Shown here: positions 20,072 to 30,165 of the stretch, piece after piece | Layout: the number at the start of each line of letters is the position of its first letter | Numbering within the stretch: position 1 is the stretch's first letter | Source: Spirochaetia bacterium | Lineage (GTDB): Bacteria; Spirochaetota; Spirochaetia; WTKD01; G963693115 | Reading direction: 5' to 3' | DNA length: 64,000 nucleotides | Assembly: GCA_965226055.1 (NCBI GenBank) | Contig: CBDDCA010000005.1 | Span: forward strand, 192,001-256,000 | The notes under the pieces: generated by a model | What the model saw: only the letters and a program-made list of their open reading frames with translations | Databases searched by the model: none | Told to the model about the DNA's origin: nothing | Translations under genes and position numbers: made by a program

Positions 20072-22072
20072 ATGAGTGCAACAAACAAAAATACAGTATA
20101 CTTTGCTCAGTTACTAGAAGCTGCTTTACAGGTTAGTTCTTTTAAGGACATAGATATTTCTAGCAATAGTAATGAAGAAGTACCTCAGGCTATTATACTA
20201 TTACGTTTATTTTTATCACTGTTAAAAAAGGAAGATAATCAAACTGAATATCATACAACTACTGATGCATCCAGTAATAACAATGCTAATGACAACACTA
20301 TAGTATATTCATTTTTAAGGCAAGCAACAAGCCTTATAGAAAAAGAGCTTTCTAATATAAGCTCAGAAGAAATGCAGTTTGCAATACAACAATTACAAAC
20401 AACTCCTTACAACAATGAGCTTGTTTGCAAGGCAATATGGAAATTATTTTCTCCAGAAGCATATCAATTTGCTTTACAAAATTTTTCAAAAGAAGAGTTT
20501 ATTCAGTCTATTCAAAAACAAAGAAATGTTCATATTACAAACACTAATACAGCAGCAATTCAAACCCCTGCACAAGAAATTCTTTTTACTGCAAATGCCT
20601 TGTTCACTATACCACAAGAAACTACCATTGATACTTTAGAAATTCCACAATACATGAAAGAAAGTCTTCATAGCATTTGCAAAGAACAACAACAGTATTG
20701 GTATGATCATCCTATGCCCATAGGAATACATGAAAAAGCAAATGAGTTACTCTATGGCTTGAGAGGATTATCAGAAGCACTACAAAAAGAAAAAGAATTA
20801 GGAACTGTGCCAAAAGACGCCCGTATTAGCATTGCTATTTCTGTCTCTCTTACTCACACAGGACTTGAATCAATCATATCAGAGTACCTTCATGATGATA
20901 TTCGAAAACATGCCACGTTTGACGATATTGACATTTATATATTTACAGAAAACAAAACAAAAAAAATACTTGATGCATTACATCCTTTGCTTGGAGAAAA
21001 GACACAACTTGTTGAAAAAGTATTTGGAGTAAATGGACGTTACGGAAGACATTATAGTTTTCTTAAAGCTATTTCTGCAATTTGGCATATATGTAAAGAT
21101 AAGTCAAAAAAAGCTACATTTAAGATAGATCTCGATCAAGTATTTCCACAAGATTCTTTATTAAAAGATTCTGGAATAAGTGCTCTCTCCCATTTTAAGA
21201 CAGCACTCTGGGGAGCACAAGGAAAAGATAGTAAAGGCAGACATATTTACTTAGGTATGCTCGCAGGAGCCTTAGTAAATGAAGCAGATATACAAAAAGG
21301 ACTTTTTACTCCCGATGTTAATTATCCAAATGAAATACTTGAAGGCGAAGATATATTTTTTCCACGTCAATTATTGATGGCACTTTCTACTCGAGCCGAA
21401 ATGATGACTCAGTATTCTCTATTCCAAGAAGATTCTCATCCCGACTGCATTCATCGTATACACGTAACAGGAGGAACAAATGGCATTTTAGTAGATGCTT
21501 TAAGAAAATATCGCCCTTTTACCCCTACCTGTATAGGACGTGCAGAAGATCAAGCATATTTACTTTCAGTATATAATAACTCTGAACCTTACCTTCGTTA
21601 TGTACATGCTTCAGGGCTTATTATGCGACATGACAAAGCTGCTTTTGCTGGTGATGCTATACAGAAATCTAAAATTGGTACTTTTGCAGGAGATTTATTA
21701 CGCATATTTTTATTTTCGCACTATGCAACATTACTACCAGGTGGCATTGATTCTATCAAAGAACAATGTGCTCCTTTCACTAGTAGCTATGTCAGCAACA
21801 CTCCTTTATGTCTCATTATGATACGACTATTTTTTCAGGTACTTGCCTTACTAAAAAAAGGAGCGTCTCAAGAAGCTACACAACAAATACAAGTTACAGC
21901 ACAGACACTCTATAATGATATAATAAAGGATGCTACAGTATTTTCAAAAGAAATACAGAATGAACAAAACGCTTGGAATAGTTTCTATGAGGCTCTAGAT
22001 GTATTAGAACAGACAGAACACAGTGCTTTACGCAATGCTATTGTTACTATAATTGAAGAGTGTAAACTATAA
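20072..22072 (+). CDS. hypothetical protein with GT-A-glycosyltransferase-like motifs
   Basis: 666-aa ORF with motif-like blocks WYDHP, YGRHYSFLKA, KIDLDQ, TGGTNG, RAEDQ and RHDK. Confidence 0.6.
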   Translation: MSATNKNTVYFAQLLEAALQVSSFKDIDISSNSNEEVPQAIILLRLFLSLLKKEDNQTEYHTTTDASSNNNANDNTIVYSFLRQATSLIEKELSNISSEEMQFAIQQLQTTPYNNELVCKAIWKLFSPEAYQFALQNFSKEEFIQSIQKQRNVHITNTNTAAIQTPAQEILFTANALFTIPQETTIDTLEIPQYMKESLHSICKEQQQYWYDHPMPIGIHEKANELLYGLRGLSEALQKEKELGTVPKDARISIAISVSLTHTGLESIISEYLHDDIRKHATFDDIDIYIFTENKTKKILDALHPLLGEKTQLVEKVFGVNGRYGRHYSFLKAISAIWHICKDKSKKATFKIDLDQVFPQDSLLKDSGISALSHFKTALWGAQGKDSKGRHIYLGMLAGALVNEADIQKGLFTPDVNYPNEILEGEDIFFPRQLLMALSTRAEMMTQYSLFQEDSHPDCIHRIHVTGGTNGILVDALRKYRPFTPTCIGRAEDQAYLLSVYNNSEPYLRYVHASGLIMRHDKAAFAGDAIQKSKIGTFAGDLLRIFLFSHYATLLPGGIDSIKEQCAPFTSSYVSNTPLCLIMIRLFFQVLALLKKGASQEATQQIQVTAQTLYNDIIKDATVFSKEIQNEQNAWNSFYEALDVLEQTEHSALRNAIVTIIEECKL

Positions 22073-22179
22073 ACAATCTTCTAATCACATAAAATATAAA
22101 AAAACCACAATCATTTAATTAAAAAATCATAAAATTATAAGCCTATACCATTCATTTGCATTCACAGAAAGAATAAAAA

Positions 22180-22208
22180 TTGACATAAGAGAATAAAAAA
22201 AGTATACT
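22180..22208 (+). promoter_or_regulatory. sigma70-type promoter
   Basis: TTGACA-N17-TATACT upstream of the EamA gene. Confidence 0.75.
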
Positions 22209-22270
22209 AATAGCAAGGTACATGTACAATTTCAAAAAAAATTATACATATCATAGATAAGGAACATATA

Positions 22271-23227
22271 TTGCAACAGAAAAACAAAACAAGTCATCAA
22301 TTAAATGAAAGAAGAGTATATATAATAGCATTTATTGCTGCCATTTTAGCATTTTTATGTTTTAGTTTAATGGACTCTATTGTTCGACACCTTGGAAACC
22401 AACTTCCTACCATATTCTTTAGTATGCAGCAAAGACTTTTTTCTTGCGTACTATTTTTCATTTTAATGATCTGTATTAGCATTAAAAATAAATCATTCGC
22501 TATCTTTAAGATTCACCATCCACTTTCTCACATTATACGAGGAGTATTTTTATATACTGTTACTATTGCTTTTGTACGCACATTTACTCTTCTCCCTTTA
22601 AGTAATGCTTATTCCATCATATTTTCTCTTCCATTGTTTACTACATTATTTGCACGATTATTTATCAAAGAAAAAATAAGCACGATACAGCTCATTGGTA
22701 TTATTGGTGGGTTTCTTGGCATTATTATTATATTACAACCTGGAGCAAATAATCTTTCAGTTGGATATTTATTTGCACTATTAGGAGTAGGAGTAGAAGC
22801 CCCTATGTTTGTCATGATACGCCATTACCATAAAAAAGATCATCCTTTAAATATTTCTTTTTACCCCAGCTTGGTAGCATTAGGGCTATTTTTCATCACA
22901 GAACTAATATATAAAACTGGTACTACCGTAGTTTTTGATACAAAAATATTTACATTCATACTTCTATTTGCTATTATATCAGTAAGCAATCAATATTTAC
23001 TCAATTTTTCTCTTAAGCATCTAAAAGCAGGATTATCCTTAAGTATGCAATTTTCACAAATTATTTGGGGTGCTTTTTTTGGGTATATATTCTTTAGAGA
23101 TAACGAATACAATATTTCTTACTTTATTGGTACTGCTATTATTATGTTTTTTAGTGTTGTTGTTACAACAAACAAAATGCCTTTTATGACAAAAAATACT
23201 ATAAAAAATAATAGATCTATGTATTAA
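22271..23227 (+). CDS. DMT/EamA family transporter
   Basis: About ten TM helices; LPLS.A..I.FS.PLF, L..KEKI and GF.GIIIILQPG motifs. Confidence 0.88.
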   Translation: MQQKNKTSHQLNERRVYIIAFIAAILAFLCFSLMDSIVRHLGNQLPTIFFSMQQRLFSCVLFFILMICISIKNKSFAIFKIHHPLSHIIRGVFLYTVTIAFVRTFTLLPLSNAYSIIFSLPLFTTLFARLFIKEKISTIQLIGIIGGFLGIIIILQPGANNLSVGYLFALLGVGVEAPMFVMIRHYHKKDHPLNISFYPSLVALGLFFITELIYKTGTTVVFDTKIFTFILLFAIISVSNQYLLNFSLKHLKAGLSLSMQFSQIIWGAFFGYIFFRDNEYNISYFIGTAIIMFFSVVVTTNKMPFMTKNTIKNNRSMY

Positions 23228-23238
23228 GCTACCATTTG

Positions 23239-24006
23239 TTAAGAAATATCATCTCGTTCAATTTTTTTCTCTAATACACGTACCAGATAACTAAAAACAG
23301 AAATAAGTACAAGATATTCAAGAATAAGCAAGGTATATATTTCTAAGGGACGATATACAATAACAGTTAGTTCATTTACTTTTCGGGTTAAATCGCTTAA
23401 GCCTATTACCGATGCAATAGAAGATATTTTAAGCATATATACAAACTGGTTAGCAAGGGTAGGCAAAATTTGACGAAACATCTGTGGAATAATAATACTT
23501 CCATATATTTGAAAAATATTTGCTCCATATACCTGAGCTGCCTCAATTTGACTTTTAGGGATACTTTCTATTCCAGTACGAAATACCTCAGCTTGAAAAG
23601 CACTTTGGCAAAATGATAATCCTATAATAGTAGCGACAAAAGCAGTAAGGTTTATTCCCAGAGCAATAGCAAGTCCATAGTATAACCATAAAAGCATTAC
23701 CAATACAGGAATTGAACGAAACAATAACACCCATACATGAGCAATAAATCTAAATGGAAATACTTTTATTTGACTAAAAAAAGCAATAATAAAACCAATA
23801 AAAATAGAAACAAGAAAAGCTACCAATGAAGATACTATAGTTACTGTAAAGCCACTAAAGAGAAAGCTAAGGTTTGCTCTTCCAGAATCACTAAACGGAG
23901 ACAACTCATACCATCCCCAACTATAATTGCTAGTAGAACAAGAACTTACTACAATCAATAGAAGTAGAATTACAATATGCAGTAAACGCTGCAGGCTTAA
24001 TTTCAT
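23239..24006 (-). CDS. polar amino acid ABC transporter permease
   Basis: FRSIPVLV, AEVFRTGIESIPKSQIEAA (EAA loop), IIIPQ and LK.SS motifs. Confidence 0.92.
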   Translation of the reverse strand: MKLSLQRLLHIVILLLLIVVSSCSTSNYSWGWYELSPFSDSGRANLSFLFSGFTVTIVSSLVAFLVSIFIGFIIAFFSQIKVFPFRFIAHVWVLLFRSIPVLVMLLWLYYGLAIALGINLTAFVATIIGLSFCQSAFQAEVFRTGIESIPKSQIEAAQVYGANIFQIYGSIIIPQMFRQILPTLANQFVYMLKISSIASVIGLSDLTRKVNELTVIVYRPLEIYTLLILEYLVLISVFSYLVRVLEKKIERDDIS

Positions 24007-24053
24007 AGCGAATCAACAGGTATCTCTTTTATACCTTGATAGGTATACTCTTG

Positions 24054-24881
24054 TTACTTAAATGTAATCCATTTTTCTTTCAACTGATCAAGATATCCAC
24101 TTTGCCTTTTTAATGTAATCCATGTGTTAATATACTCTTTTAGAACAATATCTGATTGAGGAACAAGAAGTCCCATAGGAGTAGGAAATTGTGGCTCTAC
24201 AGGAATAACACCTAACTCAGGATATGTTTGTACGAGCTTCAAAGCCTCTATATTTGAAGTTACCGAAACTTCAGCACGCCCTGCCAATACTTCCTGAAAA
24301 TCACGTATAGGAGCTTCCACCACTATCCTGCTTGCATCAGGCAAGAGGATTCTCATTTGCTCCTCTTGTACAGTACCTAAGGTTGTTACTAATTTTACCG
24401 AAGCATTATTAAGATCGTCCCAACTTGAATACTTTGAAAGATTTTTCTTAAGAGTAAGAGGAACAGTACCAACTCCTTGTATAGGATATGTAAACGCAAT
24501 ACTTTTTGCTCTTCCCATATTATACGATGCTTGCGTGGTAATATCGTATTTACCAGCAACAACTCCTGATACAATATTCTTCCAATCAGTGGGAACAAAC
24601 TCAACAGTAACTCCCATATCCTCTGCAAGCGCTTTTACTAAATCTATATCATGCCCAATATACTCTCCTGTACTAGGATCTCTATACGTCATAGGATTCC
24701 AATCTCCTGTAGTTCCAACACGAAGAACTCCAGATTCTAAAATACCAGGCAATAATGACTCTTTTTTTCCAGATTCATATGTGCCATTTTTATTCACAGA
24801 TGATGAAGAATCATCATTACATGCAGTAAGCATCCCTATTGACACTATTAGATATATACATATATATAATTTCATTTTCAT
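24054..24881 (-). CDS. amino acid ABC transporter substrate-binding lipoprotein (family 3, cyclohexadienyl dehydratase-like)
   Basis: Lipobox MLTAC, LRVGTTGDWNP, G.DIDL, VEFV.T.W; AGAGG RBS before ATG 24881. Confidence 0.85.
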   Translation of the reverse strand: MKMKLYICIYLIVSIGMLTACNDDSSSSVNKNGTYESGKKESLLPGILESGVLRVGTTGDWNPMTYRDPSTGEYIGHDIDLVKALAEDMGVTVEFVPTDWKNIVSGVVAGKYDITTQASYNMGRAKSIAFTYPIQGVGTVPLTLKKNLSKYSSWDDLNNASVKLVTTLGTVQEEQMRILLPDASRIVVEAPIRDFQEVLAGRAEVSVTSNIEALKLVQTYPELGVIPVEPQFPTPMGLLVPQSDIVLKEYINTWITLKRQSGYLDQLKEKWITFK

Positions 24882-25028
24882 ATTTTTCCTCTTTATACTA
24901 CCATTTTTATCATTAACAAATATCATAACTATAAAACATATATAAATTGATATAACTCGCTAAAATATAGTTATATTACATCTATATATTGTATATAAGT
25001 ATTGCTAATAAGCTAACAATATCACATT

Positions 25029-25057
25029 ATTATATCCCATTGTATAATAAATGTCAA
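25029..25057 (-). promoter_or_regulatory. consensus sigma70 promoter for the amino acid ABC genes
   Basis: TTGACA (25057-25052)-N17-TATAAT (25034-25029). Confidence 0.8.
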
Positions 25058-25075
25058 ATGATGTGTAACAAAATC

Positions 25076-25136
25076 TGCAGATTCAAGTATTAAATGCGAC
25101 AAAGGAGCAAAAAAAGAGCAAGCAAAAATAAAAAAC
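25076..25136 (+). repeat. dispersed short repeat (MITE/IS-end-like), partial copy
   Basis: TGCAGATTCAAGTATTAAATGCGACAAAGGAGCAAAAAAAGAGCAAGCAAAAATAAAAA is shared with 30046-30117, 54165-54191 (reverse) and 59149-59208. Confidence 0.7.
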
Positions 25137-25148
25137 TCATATTAGCAC

Positions 25149-28100
25149 TTATACAAGTGCATTATCAATAACATATCTTACTTCATTAACAGTAGTTTTA
25201 GCAACTTGTGCTATTTGTTCTTCTGAGTAACCTTGTTTACGATGTAAATTGATGATCAATTTTTCTCTTTCTGCCTCAGACATTTCACGATTATTCTGTT
25301 TTTTATCTAACAACCCTCTTGAACCAGCATACCTTTTTAGCATAGGTTCAAGCTCATGGATGAGAGTAATTTTACTCTCAGTAGTTTCATGAAGCTGTGA
25401 AAGAGAATTTATATCTTGAATTAATCCTTTTCTATGCATAGTTACTTTTTTTAATTGTTCTTCTACCTTAGGAAACAATAATTTGGTTTCATGTACTTGT
25501 TGCTTAATATCTTTAATATCCTTATATTGATTTTTAACATTCCCTACATCATCACTTATATCTTTATACTCTTGTTTTAACTCTGAAGTCAATGAATCAA
25601 GATCCCGTATACTAGCGGTAATAGTATCAAGTTCTTGCCACTTAGATTGTAATGTTGTATTCTTCTCTTCAATATCATGCATGGTATTGTATACTTCATT
25701 TTGTAACTCTTGAATTTTATACGATCTCTCTTGAAATGACTGCATCTTCTCATTTTGCGACTCAAGTTTATGAAATAATTGTTTATTTTTGTTATCAGAT
25801 TGAGTGAGACTTGTACTAAACAGCTCAACTTCTTTCCTTACTTTTATAACCTTATGAAAAGAATCATTCACTTCTACCATCTCAGATTTTACTTCTTTTG
25901 TTTTTACTTCTATACTATTAATTTTCTTAAGAAGAGTATCAGTGATACTACTTTTATCCATAACTTGCTTTGTTTGCTTATCAAGTTTTTCTATTTTTTC
26001 GTCAAGCATGGACTGAAATACTCTTACCTGTTCTTGCTGTTGCTGATCTCTTTCAATCATAACAGTGTATTTTTTATGCTCAATTTCTAAATCCTTAATA
26101 TTCTGTACTAACTGAACTTCTTTATTTTTTATAGTTTTTTCAATTTTTTTCATCTGAGCATCAAATTTACTGAGATTGGTTTTTGCTGTCTTAAGATAAT
26201 TTGCTTCACTCTTTTTCAATGTATATAAATTTTGTTCAAAAGTCGTAGATGTATCAGATAATTTTTGTTCAAAATTATCCTCTAAATTTTTAATTTTTAT
26301 ATCAAAATTTTTCTGTGTCTTTTCATTTATGGAAGATAAAAGATGAGTAAGTTGTTCTTCATACTCTTTTTGTAAGGTTTCTTGCTGTTGTCCAAATACC
26401 CCAATAGCTTTTGTACTTTTAGCAAGCAAAATTTCATGTTCTTTCTGAAAAGTAGTAAGCTGGACACCAAAGCTGTCTTTTACTTTTCGATGTTCTTGTT
26501 CCATACTATGCAATTCATCACTATACTGTTGTAACTTTTTCTTAAAATCTCCTTTTATTATCGCTATATTACTATCTACTTTTTTACACTGATCATCCTT
26601 AAAAGCACTCAAATGAATGGTATATCCTTCTACTTGCTTTTTTATACTTTCACATAAGCTACTATACTCTCTTTCTTTCCTTTTTATGATACCATCAATA
26701 TCTTTTTCTTTCTCATGAAGCATCTGTTTGTGTTCATCCAATAAATGAGTAGTATTATCCTGATAATTTTCAACTAATGCCACAAAATTTTCTCGTATAC
26801 CATTTACCTCCATATCACTTTTTGCTTTCATATCATCTGTGGTATCTTTTAAGTTTTGTATGTACTGCTGATAATCTCTCAAAGTTTTATCATACTCTGA
26901 ATGTAGCCCTTGTTGGGCAGAAGAATATTTCATAAGAGTCTCATTATAAGAAGACTCTACTGTCTCTATTGTATTTTGATGATCTAACAGCTGCTTTTGA
27001 GACTCTATTTTTAGAGAATCAATAGCTTCCTTAAAGGAGGCAATAACAGTATCTTGATCGGACTGCTGATGTATCTTTAGTATTTCCAATCTTTCCTTAT
27101 ACTCTGCTAACGCATCTTTGTAGCCACTGAGCAATTCATCTATCTTACTATTATATTTTTCAACAGCATGCTGTACCTCTGCAGACTGGCTTTGCTTTAT
27201 ATGTTCTAACATTGTATCGTACTCTTTATCCAGTACTTCTAGCATAGACTTATATTTGTTATCGTGCTCATGCTTATACTCAGCTAATAATGCTTGATAC
27301 TGAACATGCATATCTTTTTGCTCTTTTTCTTGAACAGCATCTAACTCTTGAAAAAATAGTACTGTTTTTTGTTTAAATTGTTTATATTTCTCATCCTGCT
27401 CATGTTGAAAAGATATAAACACATCATTATACTTATTCAATATGTCTTCTTGTTCTTTCTGACGAGTATCCTTTAAGGTTTGCAGTTCATTTTGAAAGCT
27501 ATGGAAAGAGTCATCATACCCTTGCTGTAATTGCTCAACCTTTGCTTGTAATCCTATAAGCACCATATCACAGTTAATATCTAAATCTTCTAATTTCTTT
27601 TTATTTTCAATTTTTTGCTCTTCTAGTTTTTTCTGCATAGCTTGTACATACTTATTTTTCTCTTCATTAAAATGCTTACTTGATATGTCAAACTGTAAAA
27701 ATATATTTTTCTTCTGTGTAATGATTTTATCAAACTCTTGTTCAAACATTTGTAATCTATCATTAAATCCAGTGATAGCCTGTGCTTTTAAGGTATCTAG
27801 TCCCTTATGTTCATTTTGAATATATGTACCAAATTTTTGTTTTTCTTTCGCAACATAGTCATTAAAGTCATTGATAGAAATTGTATTATTCTTCTCAAGT
27901 GTATTCTTATGTTCTTCCCATAATTTTCTTAGCATGCTTATACGCATTTCTTTTTCAGATTCAAAATTATTTCTCACTATCGTATCTAATTCACGAGAAC
28001 GATGATACACCCCTTGCAACTCTCGCTTAGAATGCTGTAGCTGTTTCATAAACCCTTTCGATTCATTTTGAACATACAAAGACATCTTCTTTATCTCTTG

Positions 28101-29084
28101 TCCCATACTTTCTATTTCAGCATTATTTTTTTGTTTTACTACATCAATGCTATTTCCTAATCCATCTACCTTCGTATATAACTCATCAAATTTTTTAGCA
28201 TAACTATTGTACCATTGGCGATAATCCTGTTCTAAATGTTCCTGTTTTTGATGTAAAAATTGTTGAATGAATGTTGTGGTTGTTTCTGCCTCTGCCAATA
28301 ACTCTTTTCTTTTTTCTTCTGAAATACCATTGAAATGAGTAATATCTGATTGCACACTTTGCTTAAAAGATTGAATTCTCTCTTCTATAGCTTTTGATTG
28401 CTGTTCAAGATATTCTTTATGTGTCAAAACAATTCCATGCAATGTATCTGAAACAGTAGTACTTTTAGAGGTGAATGTATCATGCAAAATCTTATTAAAG
28501 GAATGCAAGCTACTGTTTATTTTTTGTTCTACAGTGTGTCCCATAGCCTCAACGGTAGATTCAGCATGTTGTATTCCTACTGTAATATGTTTGAGAGTAC
28601 TCTGTAGTTTCTCTTCTATATCACCATTGACAGTAGCAATATCCATTTTAGTTTTTTCAAACTCTTCTTTACGCATATCATAATCCATCAATGCATCTTT
28701 ACTTTTATATAAAATATCGTGCAACTGTTTTATAGCAATATTAGAATTACGATATAGCTCTTGTAATACATCTTGTTGCTGTTGATACTGCTCTATCCTT
28801 TCTTGATATTTCTGTGTTTTTGCTGCATTATTTTCAATAAAATTTCGCTCTAGCTCCACCTTTTGTGATATAGAACTTATGTTCCTCTCTGATGATTTTA
28901 TATCTTCTAGTACATTATTCATAATTGATTTTGATGTTTCTGCATCTTTATGAAATACTTCAACAAACTGATCTTGCATTTGTTTAATATATGATATCTG
29001 CTTTCTTTTACTAAAGAATACATACTGTAAAATAAATAAAACTATACTAAAAGAAAATAAAAAGAGATGTAACAATAATGTCAA
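25149..29084 (-). CDS. membrane-anchored long coiled-coil protein (SpiroCoCo-like)
   Basis: N-terminal TM helix, ~1250 aa of Q/E/K-rich heptads and a C-terminal HTH-like QGYSEEQIAQ...TVNEV tail; GGGAGG RBS 7 nt before TTG 29084. Confidence 0.75.
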   Translation of the reverse strand: MTLLLHLFLFSFSIVLFILQYVFFSKRKQISYIKQMQDQFVEVFHKDAETSKSIMNNVLEDIKSSERNISSISQKVELERNFIENNAAKTQKYQERIEQYQQQQDVLQELYRNSNIAIKQLHDILYKSKDALMDYDMRKEEFEKTKMDIATVNGDIEEKLQSTLKHITVGIQHAESTVEAMGHTVEQKINSSLHSFNKILHDTFTSKSTTVSDTLHGIVLTHKEYLEQQSKAIEERIQSFKQSVQSDITHFNGISEEKRKELLAEAETTTTFIQQFLHQKQEHLEQDYRQWYNSYAKKFDELYTKVDGLGNSIDVVKQKNNAEIESMGQEIKKMSLYVQNESKGFMKQLQHSKRELQGVYHRSRELDTIVRNNFESEKEMRISMLRKLWEEHKNTLEKNNTISINDFNDYVAKEKQKFGTYIQNEHKGLDTLKAQAITGFNDRLQMFEQEFDKIITQKKNIFLQFDISSKHFNEEKNKYVQAMQKKLEEQKIENKKKLEDLDINCDMVLIGLQAKVEQLQQGYDDSFHSFQNELQTLKDTRQKEQEDILNKYNDVFISFQHEQDEKYKQFKQKTVLFFQELDAVQEKEQKDMHVQYQALLAEYKHEHDNKYKSMLEVLDKEYDTMLEHIKQSQSAEVQHAVEKYNSKIDELLSGYKDALAEYKERLEILKIHQQSDQDTVIASFKEAIDSLKIESQKQLLDHQNTIETVESSYNETLMKYSSAQQGLHSEYDKTLRDYQQYIQNLKDTTDDMKAKSDMEVNGIRENFVALVENYQDNTTHLLDEHKQMLHEKEKDIDGIIKRKEREYSSLCESIKKQVEGYTIHLSAFKDDQCKKVDSNIAIIKGDFKKKLQQYSDELHSMEQEHRKVKDSFGVQLTTFQKEHEILLAKSTKAIGVFGQQQETLQKEYEEQLTHLLSSINEKTQKNFDIKIKNLEDNFEQKLSDTSTTFEQNLYTLKKSEANYLKTAKTNLSKFDAQMKKIEKTIKNKEVQLVQNIKDLEIEHKKYTVMIERDQQQQEQVRVFQSMLDEKIEKLDKQTKQVMDKSSITDTLLKKINSIEVKTKEVKSEMVEVNDSFHKVIKVRKEVELFSTSLTQSDNKNKQLFHKLESQNEKMQSFQERSYKIQELQNEVYNTMHDIEEKNTTLQSKWQELDTITASIRDLDSLTSELKQEYKDISDDVGNVKNQYKDIKDIKQQVHETKLLFPKVEEQLKKVTMHRKGLIQDINSLSQLHETTESKITLIHELEPMLKRYAGSRGLLDKKQNNREMSEAEREKLIINLHRKQGYSEEQIAQVAKTTVNEVRYVIDNALV

Positions 29085-29304
29085 AACTAAGCCTCCCAGC
29101 CTTATATGAATAATTATAATACAGATAATTGTTTCATGCAATACATAATTGTTGATTGTGCAAACACAAACATTACGCACTTGGCATAATAGAAATTTTG
29201 CGGTATACTGATTTTATCTCAAGAGAATCACACGAAAGGTAAAACTACACTAAAAAAAATTAGAGGCTAGCATTGATAACTAAAAAACGAGATAATTCAC
29301 GTAC

Positions 29305-29967
29305 TTATTCAATATCTTTCCCAATATCACCAATATCCTCAGTTTCAAAACTACCCTCTGAATCATATTCCGATACCAGTTTTATCTGCTTAAAACGTGA
29401 TAAAGAATAAAAAGAAGATACTGCATCCACAAAATAAAAAAGAGAATACAAAGAAAAAAAAGAAAATAAAAATACTACAAATGAAATAACAGAAAATATA
29501 AATGTTACCTTATTTGAAAAAATATATGCTATTTCTGTAATTATAGGAGTAGAAAAAGGTCGCAATAAAAAAAGTATCACACTACTAAAGAAATAAAAAA
29601 CAAGAGCAATACCACACAAGAATGATACAAACCCAAACATACTTATATACTGCTCAAATACCGTAATTTTTCCTTTTTCTGACTCTTTACTTAATGATAC
29701 TATCCAAAAAGAATCCATAACATGTATAACATGCACAAAAATAATAAAAGAAAACCCAAACAAAAATAAGTAAACAAACATCCCTACAACAGAAAAAATA
29801 AGAAAATCATTATATTGTATAGTACTATGCCGTAATACAAAAGAAAAAAGAAAAGTAATAATAAAAGAAAACAACAAAGAACAAAAAAATTTACCTCTTA
29901 AAAATACTTTTCTCTCCAAAAGCCCTCTAAAGATGCCCTTATATCCTAAAAAATACTTATTTTCCAT
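29305..29967 (-). CDS. hypothetical Phe-rich membrane protein (~4 TM)
   Basis: AAGGAG RBS before MENK (29967); four hydrophobic segments and an acidic tail. Confidence 0.6.
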   Translation of the reverse strand: MENKYFLGYKGIFRGLLERKVFLRGKFFCSLLFSFIITFLFSFVLRHSTIQYNDFLIFSVVGMFVYLFLFGFSFIIFVHVIHVMDSFWIVSLSKESEKGKITVFEQYISMFGFVSFLCGIALVFYFFSSVILFLLRPFSTPIITEIAYIFSNKVTFIFSVISFVVFLFSFFSLYSLFYFVDAVSSFYSLSRFKQIKLVSEYDSEGSFETEDIGDIGKDIE

Positions 29968-30045
29968 AATAACTCTCCTTGATTCATATATACTCATAGT
30001 ATACACCAATTACAACATAAAATACAAACACATGAGAAAAGTAAT

Positions 30046-30117
30046 CACGAGTTCAAGGATTAACTGCGACAAAACACGAGTTCAAGGATTAAATGCGACA
30101 AAGGAGCAAAAAAAAGA
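30046..30117 (+). repeat. tandem 29-bp duplication of the dispersed repeat end
   Basis: CACGAGTTCAAGGATTAACTGCGACAAAA (30046-30074) followed by CACGAGTTCAAGGATTAAATGCGACAAAG (30075-30103), then GAGCAAAAAAAAG. Confidence 0.8.
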
Positions 30118-30165
30118 ATTGATTAAAACAGAACAAATGATTACACTATAAATAGAGGTATTATA

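Noticed and set aside
30046-30103. Mini-CRISPR from two 29-bp repeats
   Set aside because: The copies are directly adjacent with no spacer and belong to the dispersed repeat family.
29933-30151. 72-aa + strand ORF spanning the tandem repeat
   Set aside because: Overlaps the start of the opposite-strand gene, runs through a non-coding repeat and has no RBS.
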